From the human T2T-CHM13v2.0 reference genome, Homo sapiens, in the NCBI RefSeq assembly GCF_009914755.1, contig NC_060929.1: a stretch of DNA of 64,000 nucleotides. One strand, 5' to 3'. Position 1 is the first letter of the stretch, and every line of letters starts with the position of its first letter. A program made the translations under genes and the position numbers. The notes under the pieces were generated by a model, which made no database searches, was not told the DNA's origin, and worked only from the letters and a program-made list of their open reading frames with translations. Shown here piece by piece: positions 41,218 to 58,667 of the stretch.

Positions 41218-41637
41218 CACCCTCCCCTCCACCGACCTTCCACCCTCCCCACCACCGGCCTTCCTCCCTCCCCTCCACCGACCTTCCACCCTCCCCACCA
41301 CCGGCCTTCCTCCCTCCCCCACAACCGGCCTTCCACCCTCCCCCCCCACCGGCCTTCCACCATCCCCCGCACTGGCCTTCCACCATCCCCCCTACCGGCC
41401 TTCCACCCTCCCCCAACCGACCTTCCACCCTCCCCCCCACCGACCTTCCACCCTCCCCCCCACCGACCTTCCACCTTTCCCCCACCGACCTTCCACCCTC
41501 CCCCCAATGACCTTCCACCCTCCCCCCCAACGACCTTCCACCCTCCCCCCCGACCTTCCACTCTCCCCCTCACCGACCTTCCACCCTCCCCCCACCGACC
41601 TTCCAGCCTCCCCCCACCGACCTTCCGCCCTCCCCCA
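41218..41637. repeat. C-rich minisatellite, ~21-22-bp unit caccgaccttccaccctcccc(c), ~20 copies
   Basis: Directly visible. Confidence 0.95.
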
Positions 41638-43929
41638 GCACGGCCATGCTGGGACTCCCGTCCCGTCCCTCTTCAGAGCAGCTATGAGACGCACAGCCCC
41701 GTGCTGTCTGCCTGTCATGGTTTGAGCTTTGGAAGGAAGGAACTGCATTCACACTCCTCAGTCTATGCCTGCGTCCCACGAGGGCCCCCAAGATCCCTGC
41801 CTTGTTCTATTGAGTTCACCGGCCCCTTTCCCCTACACTCCAGCTCCTGCTGAGCAAGCCTTCCATGCACGGCCAACACTCCATACCTTTGCCACGTCTT
41901 TGCCTTGTGTTCGCCCTTGTGAAATGGGGGCTACTTCTAGGTGGACCCCTCGTTCCCACACAGTGTGGAATAGCCCTTGCCGAGTGAGGGCCCAGCCATG
42001 TCACTGTGAATTTCTGAGATTGCTGCTTCTCACGGCAGCAGAGCTCAGGGTGTCCCCAACACCACCCCCACAAAAGGTGCCCAAACAAGCTATGGACAAA
42101 CTGCACTGGGAGTGGCATGGCTGGGCTCTGTAGGGATACTAGCTGGGCTCTGTCTGACTGGCAGGTCCCTTTTGCTCTCGGAAGGGCTGTGCCCATCTCC
42201 ATCCCTCAGCACAGCCACCAGGTGCCTGTCCCCACATCCTCACTCTGTGGCTTTCAGTGTTGACTATCTGGTGGGCCAGACAGTGCCTGCTCTCCCCACT
42301 GGACAGCAGCTCCCTGAGGGCAGGATCCTGCCCATCCGAGAGTCTGTCACAGCCGCACTCCCAGCAGGGCACAGCACCCGGGAGCCGGCCACAGGCTGTC
42401 CACGCTTCTTATGCACTCTCCTCAGAGCAGCACCCCCTGGCAGCAAGGTCCCCTGCCCGCTCCCCACACTCTGCCCAGCTCCCAGGTTAGTCTTTGGCAG
42501 TTCCAGGTACACAGTGCTTCTCAGGGCCCCCCCCCAGAGCAGCCTCCCCACCTGCCTGCCAGCCTCCCTCGGACAATCATCTTGTCACTGTCCCCCTGGG
42601 AAGGTCAGCTCCAGGGAGGCAGGGCTGTGTCCATGCTGTGGGCCACCACATCCTGTGCCTGGCACAGAGAAGGCCAGGCCTGGGGCTCTCGGGGCAGCAG
42701 CAGCATCCAGGGAAGGAAGGGAGGAGGCTATGAAGGGAAGTGCCTTCAAAGGGAACAGAAGCCCATCCAAGCAGCGCTGTCCTGGCTGCGGGGGCCAGAG
42801 CAAGACAGGGTGGGACGCAGGGCGCAGGAATGTGAGCTGCTGTGGGAGGCAGCCCCAAGACATCTACAGCCATGTTCCCTTGCAAAACCCTTTCTGAAAC
42901 GGGGTAAAGTGATGGTGGAAATGCAGGCACATCTCCACACCACAGGAAGGTCACGGGCAGCCCCTGCCACCACCTCACTCTGCACATGGCAGCCCTGCCT
43001 CCAGAGCACACAGACTACCATCGTGTGGTCCCAAGTACAGGACCACCCTCAGGCACAGCCCAGGGTCTCTGTCCTTGCCCCTGCTGTCGGGCCACAGGCA
43101 GGAGACCCTCCCGATAAAACTCAACTTCAGATGTGCATGAGATTCCGGAGCACCTTTCCCAGGGAGCTGCTTGGCACTGGCCTCATCAGGGGCGGCCAGC
43201 TCTGGAAGCACATGGGGCCCCCTCAGCTGGGCTCAGCCCCACCCACCCCAGCCACGGTCAGTGACCCACAGTGACTTCAGAGTTAATGGGGCCGAGGGAC
43301 CTTTGACAGATGAGTTACACTTTGATTTGTATCCATTAAGCCACAGTTATTAATTTCATCACATCAGAACAAGAAATGTCAGCCTCAGTGACGTGGACCA
43401 TTCCTGTTTCTACAGAGCTCAGTGACACATGTGTCACACAGGGTTGAGATTCATTTGTGGAGGAGGAACTAAGGCAGGCCACTTGGCTCCAGGCACAGGG
43501 CCTCTTCCATGCCATGGATGCAGCCCCCATCTGTCCACAGAACCCTCTGAGGAAGGCAGATGAGCTAGAGCCGTGACAGCTCCCCTCCCCTGCCATCCCC
43601 CCACCCCATGATGACTTCTCTAAGCCTCATCCTGAGTGGGGTGCCCCTCCAGCTGCCACCAGTGCAGCACTGCACCCCTGTTCCCCTGTAACTGGAGTCA
43701 GACCAAAGACACTGACCAGAGGCGAGAGCTGGAGAAGAGCCCAGATCTCACCGGCTCTGCTGCCAGGAGACCCCACCCAAGGGAACACCCAGTGTGGGGT
43801 CACTTGGGCCTCACAGGAAGCTGGGTCTGCTCTGCCAGCACTGCAAGGTGGCCCCCCAAGGATACAGCCCCCCATCTTACCCCCCTCTATGCTCCAGATG
43901 AAGGTAGGAATCATATTTATCATTCTTAA

Positions 43930-44390
43930 CAGGACCCCAGAATTTCAAGTTGGGGCCTCTTGGTGCTGCTCAGCTCAGTCAGAACATCTCAGACCTCTGA
44001 CCAGATGGATTGGTCCAGGGGCAGGCATATGACCCAAGTCAGGCCAATGAGAATGACGAGGTGTCTGCAGGGATTGTGCGAGAAATGCCTCCCTATTCCC
44101 CAGGAGCTTCTGGAGGTGGGGTGGGACGGCAGTTTTCACTGAATGAGGAAGGGCGTGATTGCAGTCGCTGCTGGCAGCCACTCTGCTACCAAGAGTAGAG
44201 CCAGCCTTAGGATGAAGCTGGCACCATTGGAGGTGAAAAGCAGACAGCCAGAAGGGATCTGTGTTTTTCATGACACCATTGAGCTGCTCGATCAAGCCTC
44301 TCCTGAAGTCCACATACCCTGTATGAAACTTTAATTCGATGACTCTATAAATCATCTTCAAGTACAGCTGGATTTACGGGCTCAAAACAA
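43930..44390 (+). mobile_element. MLT1K-like LTR
   Basis: gattggtccaggggcaggcat.tgacccaag...gccaatgaga...tgacaccattgagctgct.gatcaagcc...cctgaag. Confidence 0.65.
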
Positions 44391-46854
44391 CACCTCCAGT
44401 CCCTAGGTATTCTCTGTTTCTCCAGTCTATTCCGGATGGTTTTGCTTTCAGCCTCCTCATGGTGGCAACGTGGCTGCCACCACATTGTTCCAGGCCTTGT
44501 TCTTCCCAGAAGTTCCCACACCAGCCCCAGGACTCAGTAGAATTGAATCAGCTTGATGTTCGGACCTACCATGAGCCAGTGGAGAGGGGCTGGAGCCCCA
44601 CAGAGACCACAGGGTCTGCAAAGAGAGGTGGGATGGAGGCTGCATCCCAAGGGCTCTTGGGCACTGTTCCTAGGAGAAGAGGGGATGGCTGACCAACAGG
44701 CAAAGCCCATAGCCCCGGCCCCAACAGTGCCCTCCCTCCAGCCCCAGGAGGGCAGCCCCACCCCACACTGCCGCCCTGCCTCCCTCCTCAGTGCCCACCC
44801 TAAGGAGCGTCCACAGGGTCACAGCCTGCCTGCCACACCGCCGCAACCAGCATCTCCCACAGCCGCCCTGAAAACCACTCGTCACCAGGACAGCACCACC
44901 TCGGAGACAGTGTCAAACCTCACACCCCAGCCAGCCAGGGCTCTCTCAGCCCACGCCCCTCCCCACACCCAGATCTTGTCCACACCTGCCCCCACCTCTC
45001 TTCCTTCCCTACTCAGCCTGGAACCAGAGGTCCAGCTGCCCACCTGCTCTCCCGCCAGGACGTCTGCAACCCTGCCAGGCAAGCGCAGCAAAGCCTTGCT
45101 CCCAAGGGGTGAAAATGGGCCTTTTCTCAAATAACCAGGGGACTGACGTGGCTCCCCTACGAAAATCCAGGATCCTCAGTGGCAATGGCGTCCTCAGCAG
45201 CACTGACACCGGCTCCTGGCCCCGCCGTCATATTCCATATACCCTCGCCACACGCCACAAGGGGCCTGGCAGACCCTCCTGCTTCACTCAGCCTGAGGAG
45301 TCTCCTCTCCACTGCCCCCTCCCAGAGCCTCCCCACAGGCTCGGAGGGCCCTGCTCTACTCGGGACCCATGCCCCTGTCCACCCAGGTAAGGGTTAATAA
45401 GATTAGCTGTCACTGAGATGAGATGTTTACCCACCTCCAGACTCCGGATGAAGATAGAAATGGTATTTATGATTTCTACCCAACGTTTCTGGAAAGGATT
45501 TAAGGTGCTTACGAGAACACACACATATAACAGGATTGCATAAATTAAATGTGGGAGCCAAAAAAGACAGGAAAACGGGGATGGGGACATAACATCGAGC
45601 AGGGGAGGAGGCTATTGTGGAAACAAAGGCCATGTGAGCTATGGGCTTGCCTGGGTGGTCGCAGCGTGCCCCATGGCTCTCCAGCAGCTGGCCTGAAAGA
45701 GCAAACCAGGGGCTGGAAGCGGCAGGGCCGGTAACATTAAAATGCACACACAATTACCCGGGAGACACCCCAGCAGCAACAGGAATGTCTCCCAAGGGAG
45801 CAGACAGCAAGGACGGTTAGGAAGGAGGGGGTTGACGGGCTTCCTTCCGGGGCTGTGGGCTTGGAAGCTGGGATGCTGGGCAAGAGGCGGGGAATGAGAT
45901 GGTTCTGGCCACCCTGCTGCCTGCACTGGGGCAGTGAGGAAACCCCACAACTGCTGTGCCCTGCTGGGCAGGTGCTGGCCTGTGATGCTGGGCTCTCTAT
46001 GGGCGCAAAGGGTCCAGCCCAGGCAGCACCTGGGCCCCACCAGCCTCTCCTGCACCTGCTCAGTCCTGCCATGGCACCTGCCCTCTGTCCTGGGTCACTC
46101 CTGATGGCTGGGTCAGAGCACTCACTGGCCCTCTTCAGGGCATCCCGGGACCCAGGAAATCCCTTCTGCTCCTGCTTTGGGCCCCAACTCATTCCCCTTT
46201 CGTATCTTTAGTGCACAAGCATTTACTAAGCACCTGCAGGATGCAGCCTGGGGATGTGAAGGTTATAGAGGAAAGGAGAGAAAAGTTTCAACTAAAGCTG
46301 CCTGCAGCCACTTCAGTCTTTTGGGAAGTGGCACAGGGTCAAGAGGGTGCCCAGGTCTCATGGCTCAAACCTCAGGAAGGTGCCCAGAGGACAGGGCCAA
46401 TGGCATGCCCCAGGGGCACAGTGGTGGAGAGGGTCAGGGCAGAGGCCAGCAGCACGGGTGGCATGGGCAACAGGCAAAGTTCTGGGAGCCTTGTGTAGGT
46501 CTCCCAGAAGCAGCTGGGTGACCACGGGACAGGTGAGACCCTCGGGCTGCCATGGGCTCAGGGAGGGGAGGCAGGACCCAAGGCCACGTGGGCCTTAATG
46601 CCAAGTGAATTCATTGGTACCCGAGGCCCACAAAGCCCTGGGCAGTCCTGCCATAGATGAACAATTCTACTTGCATGGCACCTGTTACATCTTTCTCTGG
46701 TTGCAAATGTAATGTGCCCTCAGCATCAGCAACAACAACAACTTTAAAAATGCAAAGGGAAAACACAAAAAACAGCCACAATTCCACCATGTGTTGTGTT
46801 GGGGGTGGCTCTCAGTTTGGTGTATGACCTGCTAGTCTTTCTTTGTTAATACGT

Positions 46855-49020
<2,166 letters not shown>

Positions 49021-49439
49021 TCAGGGAGGCTGTGGGAAGGGAGGGGGACAATGTCAAAGGCACATGGAAGCTCCCCTTTTATTATTAGCTGGGTGTGTGC
49101 CCAGCTCCTCCCAAACAGAACAGGGCTGGGACTCGAGGTGGAGGCTGAGGCTTAACCCCCTCCCTGGTGCCATTGTCCTGCAGACAGCCAGAGGGAGGAG
49201 GCACCAGCCCAAGGGAGGAGGTATTAGCCCTCCAGAGTTTCGAGGACATGAGGCACGAGAGAGCTCGGTGGCATGACAGTCCAAGAGGCAGGCCTGGCCT
49301 CCTGCAAACCTGTAGCCAGGAGGTTCACCCATCCAGAGCCACCCAGGAAGGAGGCCGCCACATCCAGAGACAGGACCTGCAGCACCGTGTCCTGTGGGTG
49401 GTAGGGGGAAGGCCCACCACACACATACCTACTTTCACT

Positions 49440-49965
49440 GACATTCAGATGAGCAAAGCTTGGCTCGTTCTGTTCACGCTGTTTTATAGCCTGCTTTTCC
49501 CACTTACTAGCTTATCGGGAACATTTTCACATGTCAATAGCTTTTGCTCCTTGACTGCATGGTTTTTAATGACCAAAGATTTTGCTCAACCGATTCACTG
49601 TTGTTATACGTTGAGAGTTTTCATTGTCATGAACAATGCTTTGATGAAAATCAGTAGAGCTAAATTTTGGTGGCCAGCTTTAATTCTATCCTTAGAATAA
49701 TATCCTAGAAGTAGCCCTCTGGATAAAGCACAGGTACTTTATAGCTTAGTATGCAGGTCACCGCATGGCCTTAAAAAATATTTGACCCAGTTTACACTGG
49801 CCAGAGGGTCAGCCTTCCAACTCCCTTCCAAACCTAGATAGCGATGTAATTTTATCTTTACCTACTTAACAATATGGAGGGGCCTGGGGGAGTGGCTTGC
49901 TATTGCTTGAATTTGCATCCTTTGATGACTAATTGGGTTGAGGCTTTTTCATGTGTTTGTTTCCC
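49440..49965 (-). mobile_element. Old L1 3' fragment
   Basis: aacaatgcttt.atgaa.atc; tt.aatttgcat..tttgatgactaat.gggttgag..ttttcatgtgtttgtt. Confidence 0.55.
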
Positions 49966-52420
49966 CAATTACTCATCTAACCCAAAACGCCTGTTTGTAT
50001 ACCTGCACACACCCAGCACCCTCCTGCACTCGCTCTTGGCTCAGGCCTGAAGATCGCTCTTTATATACCCACAGCTGTCAAAACTTACCATCCTTCAAGG
50101 TCAAATGGCCCGCTCTGACCTTCCCTCCAGGCAGTCATTCCGGACTTCCCGCAGCTCTTGGCTTGAGGCACTTGCCACTTTGGTCCTGGTTCAACACTCA
50201 GGTCTGCATGGCTGTGCCCCCGCTGTCTGCACCAGCTGTTCGCTTTACTCCGCAGGACCACGGCTTGGCCACTGCCCCCATCTAAAGACCCCATGTCAAC
50301 AACGTTCCCTGGGCACCTACTATCCAGTGAGGGCTCCAGGGCACCAGGGACGAATTGGACTGTACCCCTGCCCACACGCCCCTTGGAGCTGTAGCACCAA
50401 GGACAGCCACCTCCCATGAGCCAGCTGTACTGAGCCCAGGACTGTCTGACCAGAGACCTGGGCTCGTGCCTCCTGCTGCTGTCAGCTCTCCTGGGGAAAC
50501 CCAGCCTCTGGGACCAAGCAGCATCTTCCCCTGGGCTGCAAGAGAAGGTAGAACTCCCACTAGGGATTCTTCTCTGTAAGAAGCAGAGCCTGCGTGGGGA
50601 GGAGAGTGAAGCCCTGGAGAAGTCCAACAAGGGGGAAGGCAGATTCACGGGGATTTAAGTGAGTGGGAATGTTGGATTCTAATAGTGTCTGACCATGTTC
50701 AGTGACTGGCCAGCTTGGCTATCTCATGCCATGCTCTCTGGCAACTTGTGTTTTGGCAACTCTCAACCATGTGCCCATGAGAGCATGGTCCCCAAAGAGG
50801 GGATGGAGACCCCAGCAGCACTGAGAGCTGAGGTGGGGGAAACCATGGTTCTCCAGAGATGCCACTGCTGCCACAAGTGAGGGGCACGTATGCATGAGAG
50901 GCCCCCATGAGAGGAGGCAGAATGAGCTTGGGGCTTTCCTGCAACCCTGCTCAGCCCTGCTGGGCATGATTTGGCGCCCTTGAGCTTGTGGCAGCACCTT
51001 CCCTGGCAGCACCTTCCCAGGCTAGAGGTCCCAAGACACTGGGCAGCGCCAGGTCCCAGTGGCCTCTGAGACCCCAAGCCCAGCCCCAGCCTCTCCCAAC
51101 ACCCAAGGATGCCCCTGGTGTCATCACAAAGGTGACTCCAGAGTCGGAGTGGCCTTGGCTCCCAGCACTAGAGGAGATGACAAATTTCCGTTTTTCCTGC
51201 GGAAAACATGATCCATCCTTTCATGGGTCCCTGGGGGCCAGCAGTGCGGCACATGCCTTATGGAAGCTTTTGCCTGGGCTCATCTCCTTTCTCTACAGGC
51301 TGGCTCTGTGCCAACTCTTCTTTAAGCCCTTGAGAGACTGAGAGCATTTCATTGCCAAGGGGAAAACTCAGGGATGTTCCTGAAAAACATATTTTTCTAT
51401 CAATGGCTGCTGTCCTGGTTTCTGGGCATTAATTTCTTAATTTGAGCAAGAATAAGCTCCTCCCTGCCAGGCACTGGGAGCCATGTGACAGCCACAGATA
51501 TGTCCTCATGGGCCGTGGTGGTGCCGCACACCTGGAAGATCCGTGGGCCCCCAGGCCAGACCTGTGAGTCCAGAGGGTCTTCCCCGAGGACACCATGCAG
51601 ATGCTGAGACCTGAAGGCTGAGGGGCTGCTGGTCAGACAATGGGCAGGGAGGAAGCCTCCTCGAGGATGGGCGGGGTGAAGGCATTGATGGGGGTGCTGA
51701 TGAGGTCACCTGAGGCGGGGCCACAAAGGACCCAGGATGCCAGGCCACTGGGTCTGAATGTCATCCTGACAGCTACAGGAGACCGTGAGGGAGCACTGGT
51801 CAGGGAAGTGACATCAACAGCTCTGCATTCTGGAAGGATCATGCTGGCAGCCTGCAGGAGTCTCCTCAGCAGGAAGGAGCATTACAGCAATCCAGAGTGG
51901 CCAGGTCGGTGAAGGGCTGTGCAGATTTACATACAACATGCATTTGAGAGATGGAGTCGAGAGGACCGAGCAGTGGAATGAGCAGCTGACTGGTGGGCCA
52001 GGAGCGGGCAGCTGTCAGTGGGCACCCCACTGTGAGCACCTTGGACAGAGGGGCCGCTGGGGGAGATGAAAGGGGGACATTGAGCATGTATGTGCACGTT
52101 GAGTCTTAGGTGCCTGCAGAATGCAGAGATGTCCAACAGGCAAGCTGAGGTCATTGGAGCAGAAGATGCATCTCAGGCCTGGCACTTAGCTACAGCTGGG
52201 CAGAGACACAGACCTGCCCACAGTGCAGAAGCAGACAATTGCCTATTACCCACATGGATACAGGACAGTGACCTCCAGAAAAACGGCTCCTAGTTTGAGG
52301 GCTGCTGGGGGTGTAGGGGAGAGAGTCTCCAGAACAGAGGAGCAGCAGAGTGTGAATTAAGTTTAACTGAAAGCTGTCTCCTTGTATATTTTAACTTTGG
52401 CCTAAAAGTTCCTCCATACA

Positions 52421-53142
<722 letters not shown>

Positions 53143-53639
53143 TCAAATAAGGCAAACGTCAAGTTGTAAGGAATCCAGCTGCTTCTGTACCTCACTTCTC
53201 TTTTCTGTGCATCACGTTCCTACTTCTGTTCATAAATCTCCAGTGAAGTGGCAGAGCTGGAGCCACTCTGAACTTACTCTGATTGGGGGCCGCCCAATCC
53301 GAAAATCGTTCTTTGCTCAGTTAAACTCTGCTAAATTTAATTTGTGTAAGTTTGTCTTTTAAGAAGGCATAGAGGTCTCTCGGAGAGGCTGCCGGTGCAT
53401 CTGCCCACCCAAGGAGAGCTGGGGTGGGATGGAGAGGAAGAGAGCACAGCTGGAGAGGGCGGGGCCAGCTCGCATCTTATATCAGGAACACCTGTGTCCA
53501 AAAGTGTTATTTTCCTTCCTTATCCAATACTGAACACACAGTAGCTTAGAAATATTGCACACCTGCCAATTAAAGGCAACCTCCATCATTGAATGTTCAC
53601 CTGGAGGACGAGGTCAGGCAAGGACAGTCCAGGGAAATG

Positions 53640-54650
53640 AGGAAGGGGGAAATCTTACACGTAAACAATCTGTAGTTTGCAAGTGCTGATTTTCAAAGTA
53701 CCCAAAACACTTGGGAGAAGCAATGGAAGGAATCCACCCTATCAGATATTAAAACGTTATACAACCTTAATATCAAGACAGAGTGTCACCACGCAGAGAC
53801 AATCCACAGACCAACAGGGATGACAGAGATCCGCATACATGCAGGAAGTTAGTCAATGATAAATGCAGCATCTCAACCAGTGAAGTAAAGATGAATGTGT
53901 TAATAAATGATGTCAGGATAAATTGGCAGCTTTCTGGGAAAAGATCAGGTAAGATCCATACTTCACACCATACATCCGGATAATTTCTAAATGGAGCAAA
54001 AGTTTAAATGTATAAATGAAACCATGAATGTACGGGAAAAAATATGGGTGGATTCCTTTACAAGGTGAAGGAAGGAAGACTTTTTGCAATATAGCTCAAA
54101 ATGTAGCCACCATAAAAGATTGATAGACTACACAAAAATTGGAAACTTCTGCAGGGCAAAAGCCACGGTAAGCAAAGTCAAATGACAACTGAGAAAAAAA
54201 AAATATTTGCAACCCAGATCACTGTCAGAGGGATAAATCTCTAATATGTAAAAAGCTCTTAGAATCTAACAAGAAAAACGTCAATGACTCAATAGGAAAA
54301 AATGAATACATAGTGAAATACAAATGGCCTCAGACATAAGCAAAGATACCCAATTCACTCAAAAGAGTGATTAGCCCCGCAGTGGCTCCTCACTGTGAGC
54401 TTGGCAGAAATGCAAACCTGACAGCACCCTTGGGAGGTGAAACTTTGTGGGGAGAGCAGCATCCAAGTGGCAGGCACTTTGGTAATGACTATCAAAAAGC
54501 TGTGCGTGCATTTACCCTTTGACCCAGCAATTCCCTTCTGGAAATGAATCCTTTGGATATACCTCCATGAGTAAGAGCAATAGTTTGGAAACTAAGTGAA
54601 GCCACAGGAGACTTATTTTCACAACAAATGTATATGGAACAGCATGCATG
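53640..54650 (+). mobile_element. Old L1 ORF2/3' fragment
   Basis: ccctatcagatattaaaac.tta; cttcacaccatac; tttgacccagcaattccc.ttct.ggaa. Confidence 0.7.
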
Positions 54651-54659
54651 GAAAGATCT

Positions 54660-55010
54660 GGAAACCCATTAGCCATCTTCCCATTGCCTATCCAGATTCC
54701 AGATCGTCCCCCCTGTTCACGACCCCTGGAGGCTGTGGTAGGACTGTGACAATGGGCCCCTTGCCCTCTGACTTCCAGCTGGGCTCAGCCAGTGGGGAGA
54801 GAGGCAGTAGAGTTCATTCCCTCCCTGCAAGAGCCCTTCAGGCTGGCTGCATCCTAGACCGAAGGTCACAATTCCTGCCAGGCCTAAGGTGATAAGGACA
54901 AGAGTCTTGTGCTACTCACACCCTATAAAGAGTCTTCTAGAAAATGCTCCTCGAATTGCCCAATTTGGGTGAGCCGTCTGTTTCCTAGTGGGCCCCTGGC
55001 TGATGCCACG
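54660..55010 (+). mobile_element. LTR33-like ERVL LTR
   Basis: ccccttgccctctg.cttccagctggg.tcagccagtggg...gcc.tctgtttcct..tgggcccctg.ctgat. Confidence 0.5.
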
Positions 55011-55395
55011 GCCATTTATAAAAGGATGAGCACACACTCCAGGCATCAATCTGGAAAGATTTCCAGGTACATTCTTGAGTACGAGTATATAGTAGTTACC
55101 TTTATGGGAGCAAGGTGGAGGGAGAGGGAGAGCAGGTAGCTGCATCTGCTTGTATTTGCATAAAGAAGTGCAGGAAGGACCCACAGGAGGGTGATAAGGT
55201 GATTGTCAGTCATCGGGGGCTCGGTGGGGGATGGGGCAGGTGAAGAGGGCATGCAGGACTTTTCTCTCTGTGTTTTATTTGCAAGCCTCCTCCTTTCCCC
55301 CGCTCAGCTTCATGGAACTCAGGAAACAACTTAATAGACTTGGGGCTCCGTGAGCGCCAGTCCTTCCCGGGCACCTAACCTGGAGCGAGGCTGGA

Positions 55396-55790
55396 TGCTA
55401 CAGCCTGAATGTGTGTGACCCCCAAACTTCACAGGTTGCAACCTAATCCCCAATGGGATGGTGTTAGGAGTGGGGCCTTTGGGAGGTGATTGGGTGACGT
55501 GGGCAGAGCCCTCATACATGGGATTAATGCCCTTATCAAAGAGACCCCAGAGAGTCAACCAGCCCCATCCACTACTTCCAGGCACAGCAAAAAGATGTCC
55601 TCTTTGAACCAGGAAACAAGCCCTCACTAGGCTCCCAGTCTGCTCACAGACCGTCGCAGCCTCCAGAACTGTGAGAGCGAAGTTTCTGTTGTGTATAAAC
55701 CACCCAGTGTTCGGTGTGAGAGCGAAGTTTCTGCTGTGTATAAACCATCCAGTGTTCGGTGTTTTGTCGCAGCAGGCCTGAGCAGGCGGA
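55396..55790 (+). mobile_element. MLT1A-like LTR with an internal 45-bp tandem duplication
   Basis: ggggcctttgggaggtgatt...atgggatta.tgcccttat.aaagagacccc; duplication at 55670-55714 and 55715-55759. Confidence 0.85.
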
Positions 55791-56658
55791 GGCCCTGGTT
55801 CTCTCCTCTGTCAGCAGCCCGTGCCCTCGGCCCTGAGATCAGCGACTCTCACGGGGGAGGCAGAAAGGACTCAGCAGCTCCAAGCAGGAGCAGAGCAGGG
55901 AAGCTCGCTGGGCACCTGCAGGCCACTCCCAGGCACTCGGACATCTCCCTAAGCTCAAATTCACGGAGTCTTCTAATAGTAATTAGTTTCAGGGAAAATA
56001 AAAATCAGTGAGTCTCTGAGCCTCTTTGGGACCCCGAGAAGGAAGAAGCTTCAGAAAACCCCATGGTTGCCTCTGGGCCCCTCCCAGGGCCTCTGCAGCA
56101 AGCTCCGCACGCCAGTCCTGGTCTCCTTTCCTCCCCCGGTCCCGCGACCCCGTGTTGAACCTGGCTCCCGGGACCCCGTTCCCCAGTCCATCAGAGTGAA
56201 GGCTGTGAAGCTCCTCTTGGGATTCCCGCATTTAACTCAGCGGGGCTGTCCTAAGCTGAGCGCTGGTTCTGAGGCCGCCTCCAAATCCGCCTCCGTGTGT
56301 CCCCATGGTGTGGCCACAGGCAGGGCCTCCCTGACCTCAGGGACCTCATCTGCAAACCCCAGAGCTCCCAGCTCCGGCTTCTGGGGGTTGCCAGATGACG
56401 GCAGGCGAGACCCCTCACACAGCACCTGCCACACACAACAAAAGCTCGCCATGGAGAGGGCGAGGCGCCAAGAGGGACCCCAGGCGAGGGCCAGCCTGAG
56501 CGGCATCCGCAGTTTCCTGCCTGCACCTCCCAGCTCCTCCTGGGACCTGCAGAGCACAGCGCCTTGTGTAGTCTCGGCCCCAGGCCAAGGCTGCGCACTT
56601 TACAGCCTTCAGCTCACGGAGGTGCTGCACCAGCTCCGAGGTCAGTATCGCCATCGCA

Positions 56659-57060
<402 letters not shown>

Positions 57061-58169
57061 TCAGACTCATATCCACGCACCCCTCGGCCTGCAGCTCAGT
57101 GCGCCTGGCCTCCCTGGATCCCAAAGAGCCTTCCTGGAATGAGCCCCCCACACCGGGAACCAGTTCTCAGATTCTGACTATCCTGGAACCCTGGCCCACC
57201 AGGGCCCTGTCCCACACCCGCCTGCCGCATGAGGAGCTCTTCCTAGCAGCTTAGGGTAGCCCGGCCCCACCCAGAAGGACGAGGAAAGGGCCGCTGCTCT
57301 TCCTCGCTTCCCTCCGAAGCTGCCACTGTGGCTTCTGGGCACACCTCAGATTGAGGAGGCTCCTGCCCTTGCTGCCCAAGCTGCCAAGTCCAGGGGCTTC
57401 GTTGCCACTGGCCGGCCCCATGCTCTCCCTGACAGCCCACCTGTGTGTCCCCAGGGGCAGCCCCTTTCAGCCGGTGGGGATGACAGAGGGCAGCCCAGGC
57501 AGGGCTCAAGGAAGGAGCCACTCCGGCTAACAAGGAGAGGGGACCCTGCCCAGTGTCCCAGATAAGATGGAGGCATGGGCTGGGTCCTAGGAGGCTGCAG
57601 GATGGGTGGAGACCATCAGGGCTGGGAGGAGCCCTGGGTATCGCTCATCAGAGCAGGACCCACTGGCGACCACATCCAGGCCCTGCCAAGCAAGCTGGGG
57701 CACAGGGCAAACCACGAGGCTCTGGAAACGCAAGGGACGGACAGTGCAGCTCACACCCCAGGCAGCTGCACTGGCAGCTGGGCCAGGGTCTGGGGTACCA
57801 CAGGCCTGCAAGGGAAGAGACATGGGGCTACTGCCTCATTCATGCTGCGACTGTTCTCTGCCCTTCCCAGAGCTTCAGGGCTTAGACATGGAGCTGGGAT
57901 AAGGCTCCCAGAGAAAGGCAGCTCCTGATCAAAGGGGGCCAGCAGCTCACTTCCCTTCCTGTGCTCGGGACCCCCAGGCTCTCAGAAGAAAGGGAAGAAT
58001 GGGTTTGTTTGTTGTTTTCTGCTTAATTCTTCTTCCTGGTGACAGGCAGGGGATTTGAGATCATTTCCATTTTCTTCATGTAAACGAATTGCTAAGAGTA
58101 ATTTAAGTGCTCAGTGGAGGTGAGCATAGCAGAGATGGTGACAGCATGCTACCTGGGACAGGGGCCAGC

Positions 58170-58667
58170 CACACAGGCTGTCCACAGGGGAGCATCGCTC
58201 ACCACCCAACCATGAGGCTGTCCACACTGAGAGCGCCATCCAACACTTCATATACACAGGCTGTCCACACTGGAAGTACTGTCCCCTGCCTCATCTATAC
58301 AGGCTGTCCACCATGGGAGCGTCATCCAACACCCCATCTACACGGGCTGTCCACACTGGGAGCACCATCCAACACCCCATCTACACAGGCTGTCCACACT
58401 GGGAGCGCCATCCAACACTTCATATACACAGGCTGTCCACACTGGAAGTACTGTCCCCTGCCTCATCTATACAGGCTGTCCACCATGGGAGCGTCATCCA
58501 ACACCCCATCTACACGGGCTGTCCACACTGGGAGCACCATCCAACACCCCATCTACACAGGCTGTCCACACTGGGAGCACCACCCAACACCCCATCTACA
58601 CAGGCTGTCCACACTGGGAGCGCCACCCAACACCCCATCTACACAGGCTGTCCACACTGGGAGCGCC
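58170..58667. repeat. Minisatellite, 43-bp unit, ~11 copies, with a 172-bp higher-order duplication
   Basis: Unit ggctgtccacactgggagcaccatccaacaccccatctacaca; variant tggaagtact at 58271 and 58443. Confidence 0.93.
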
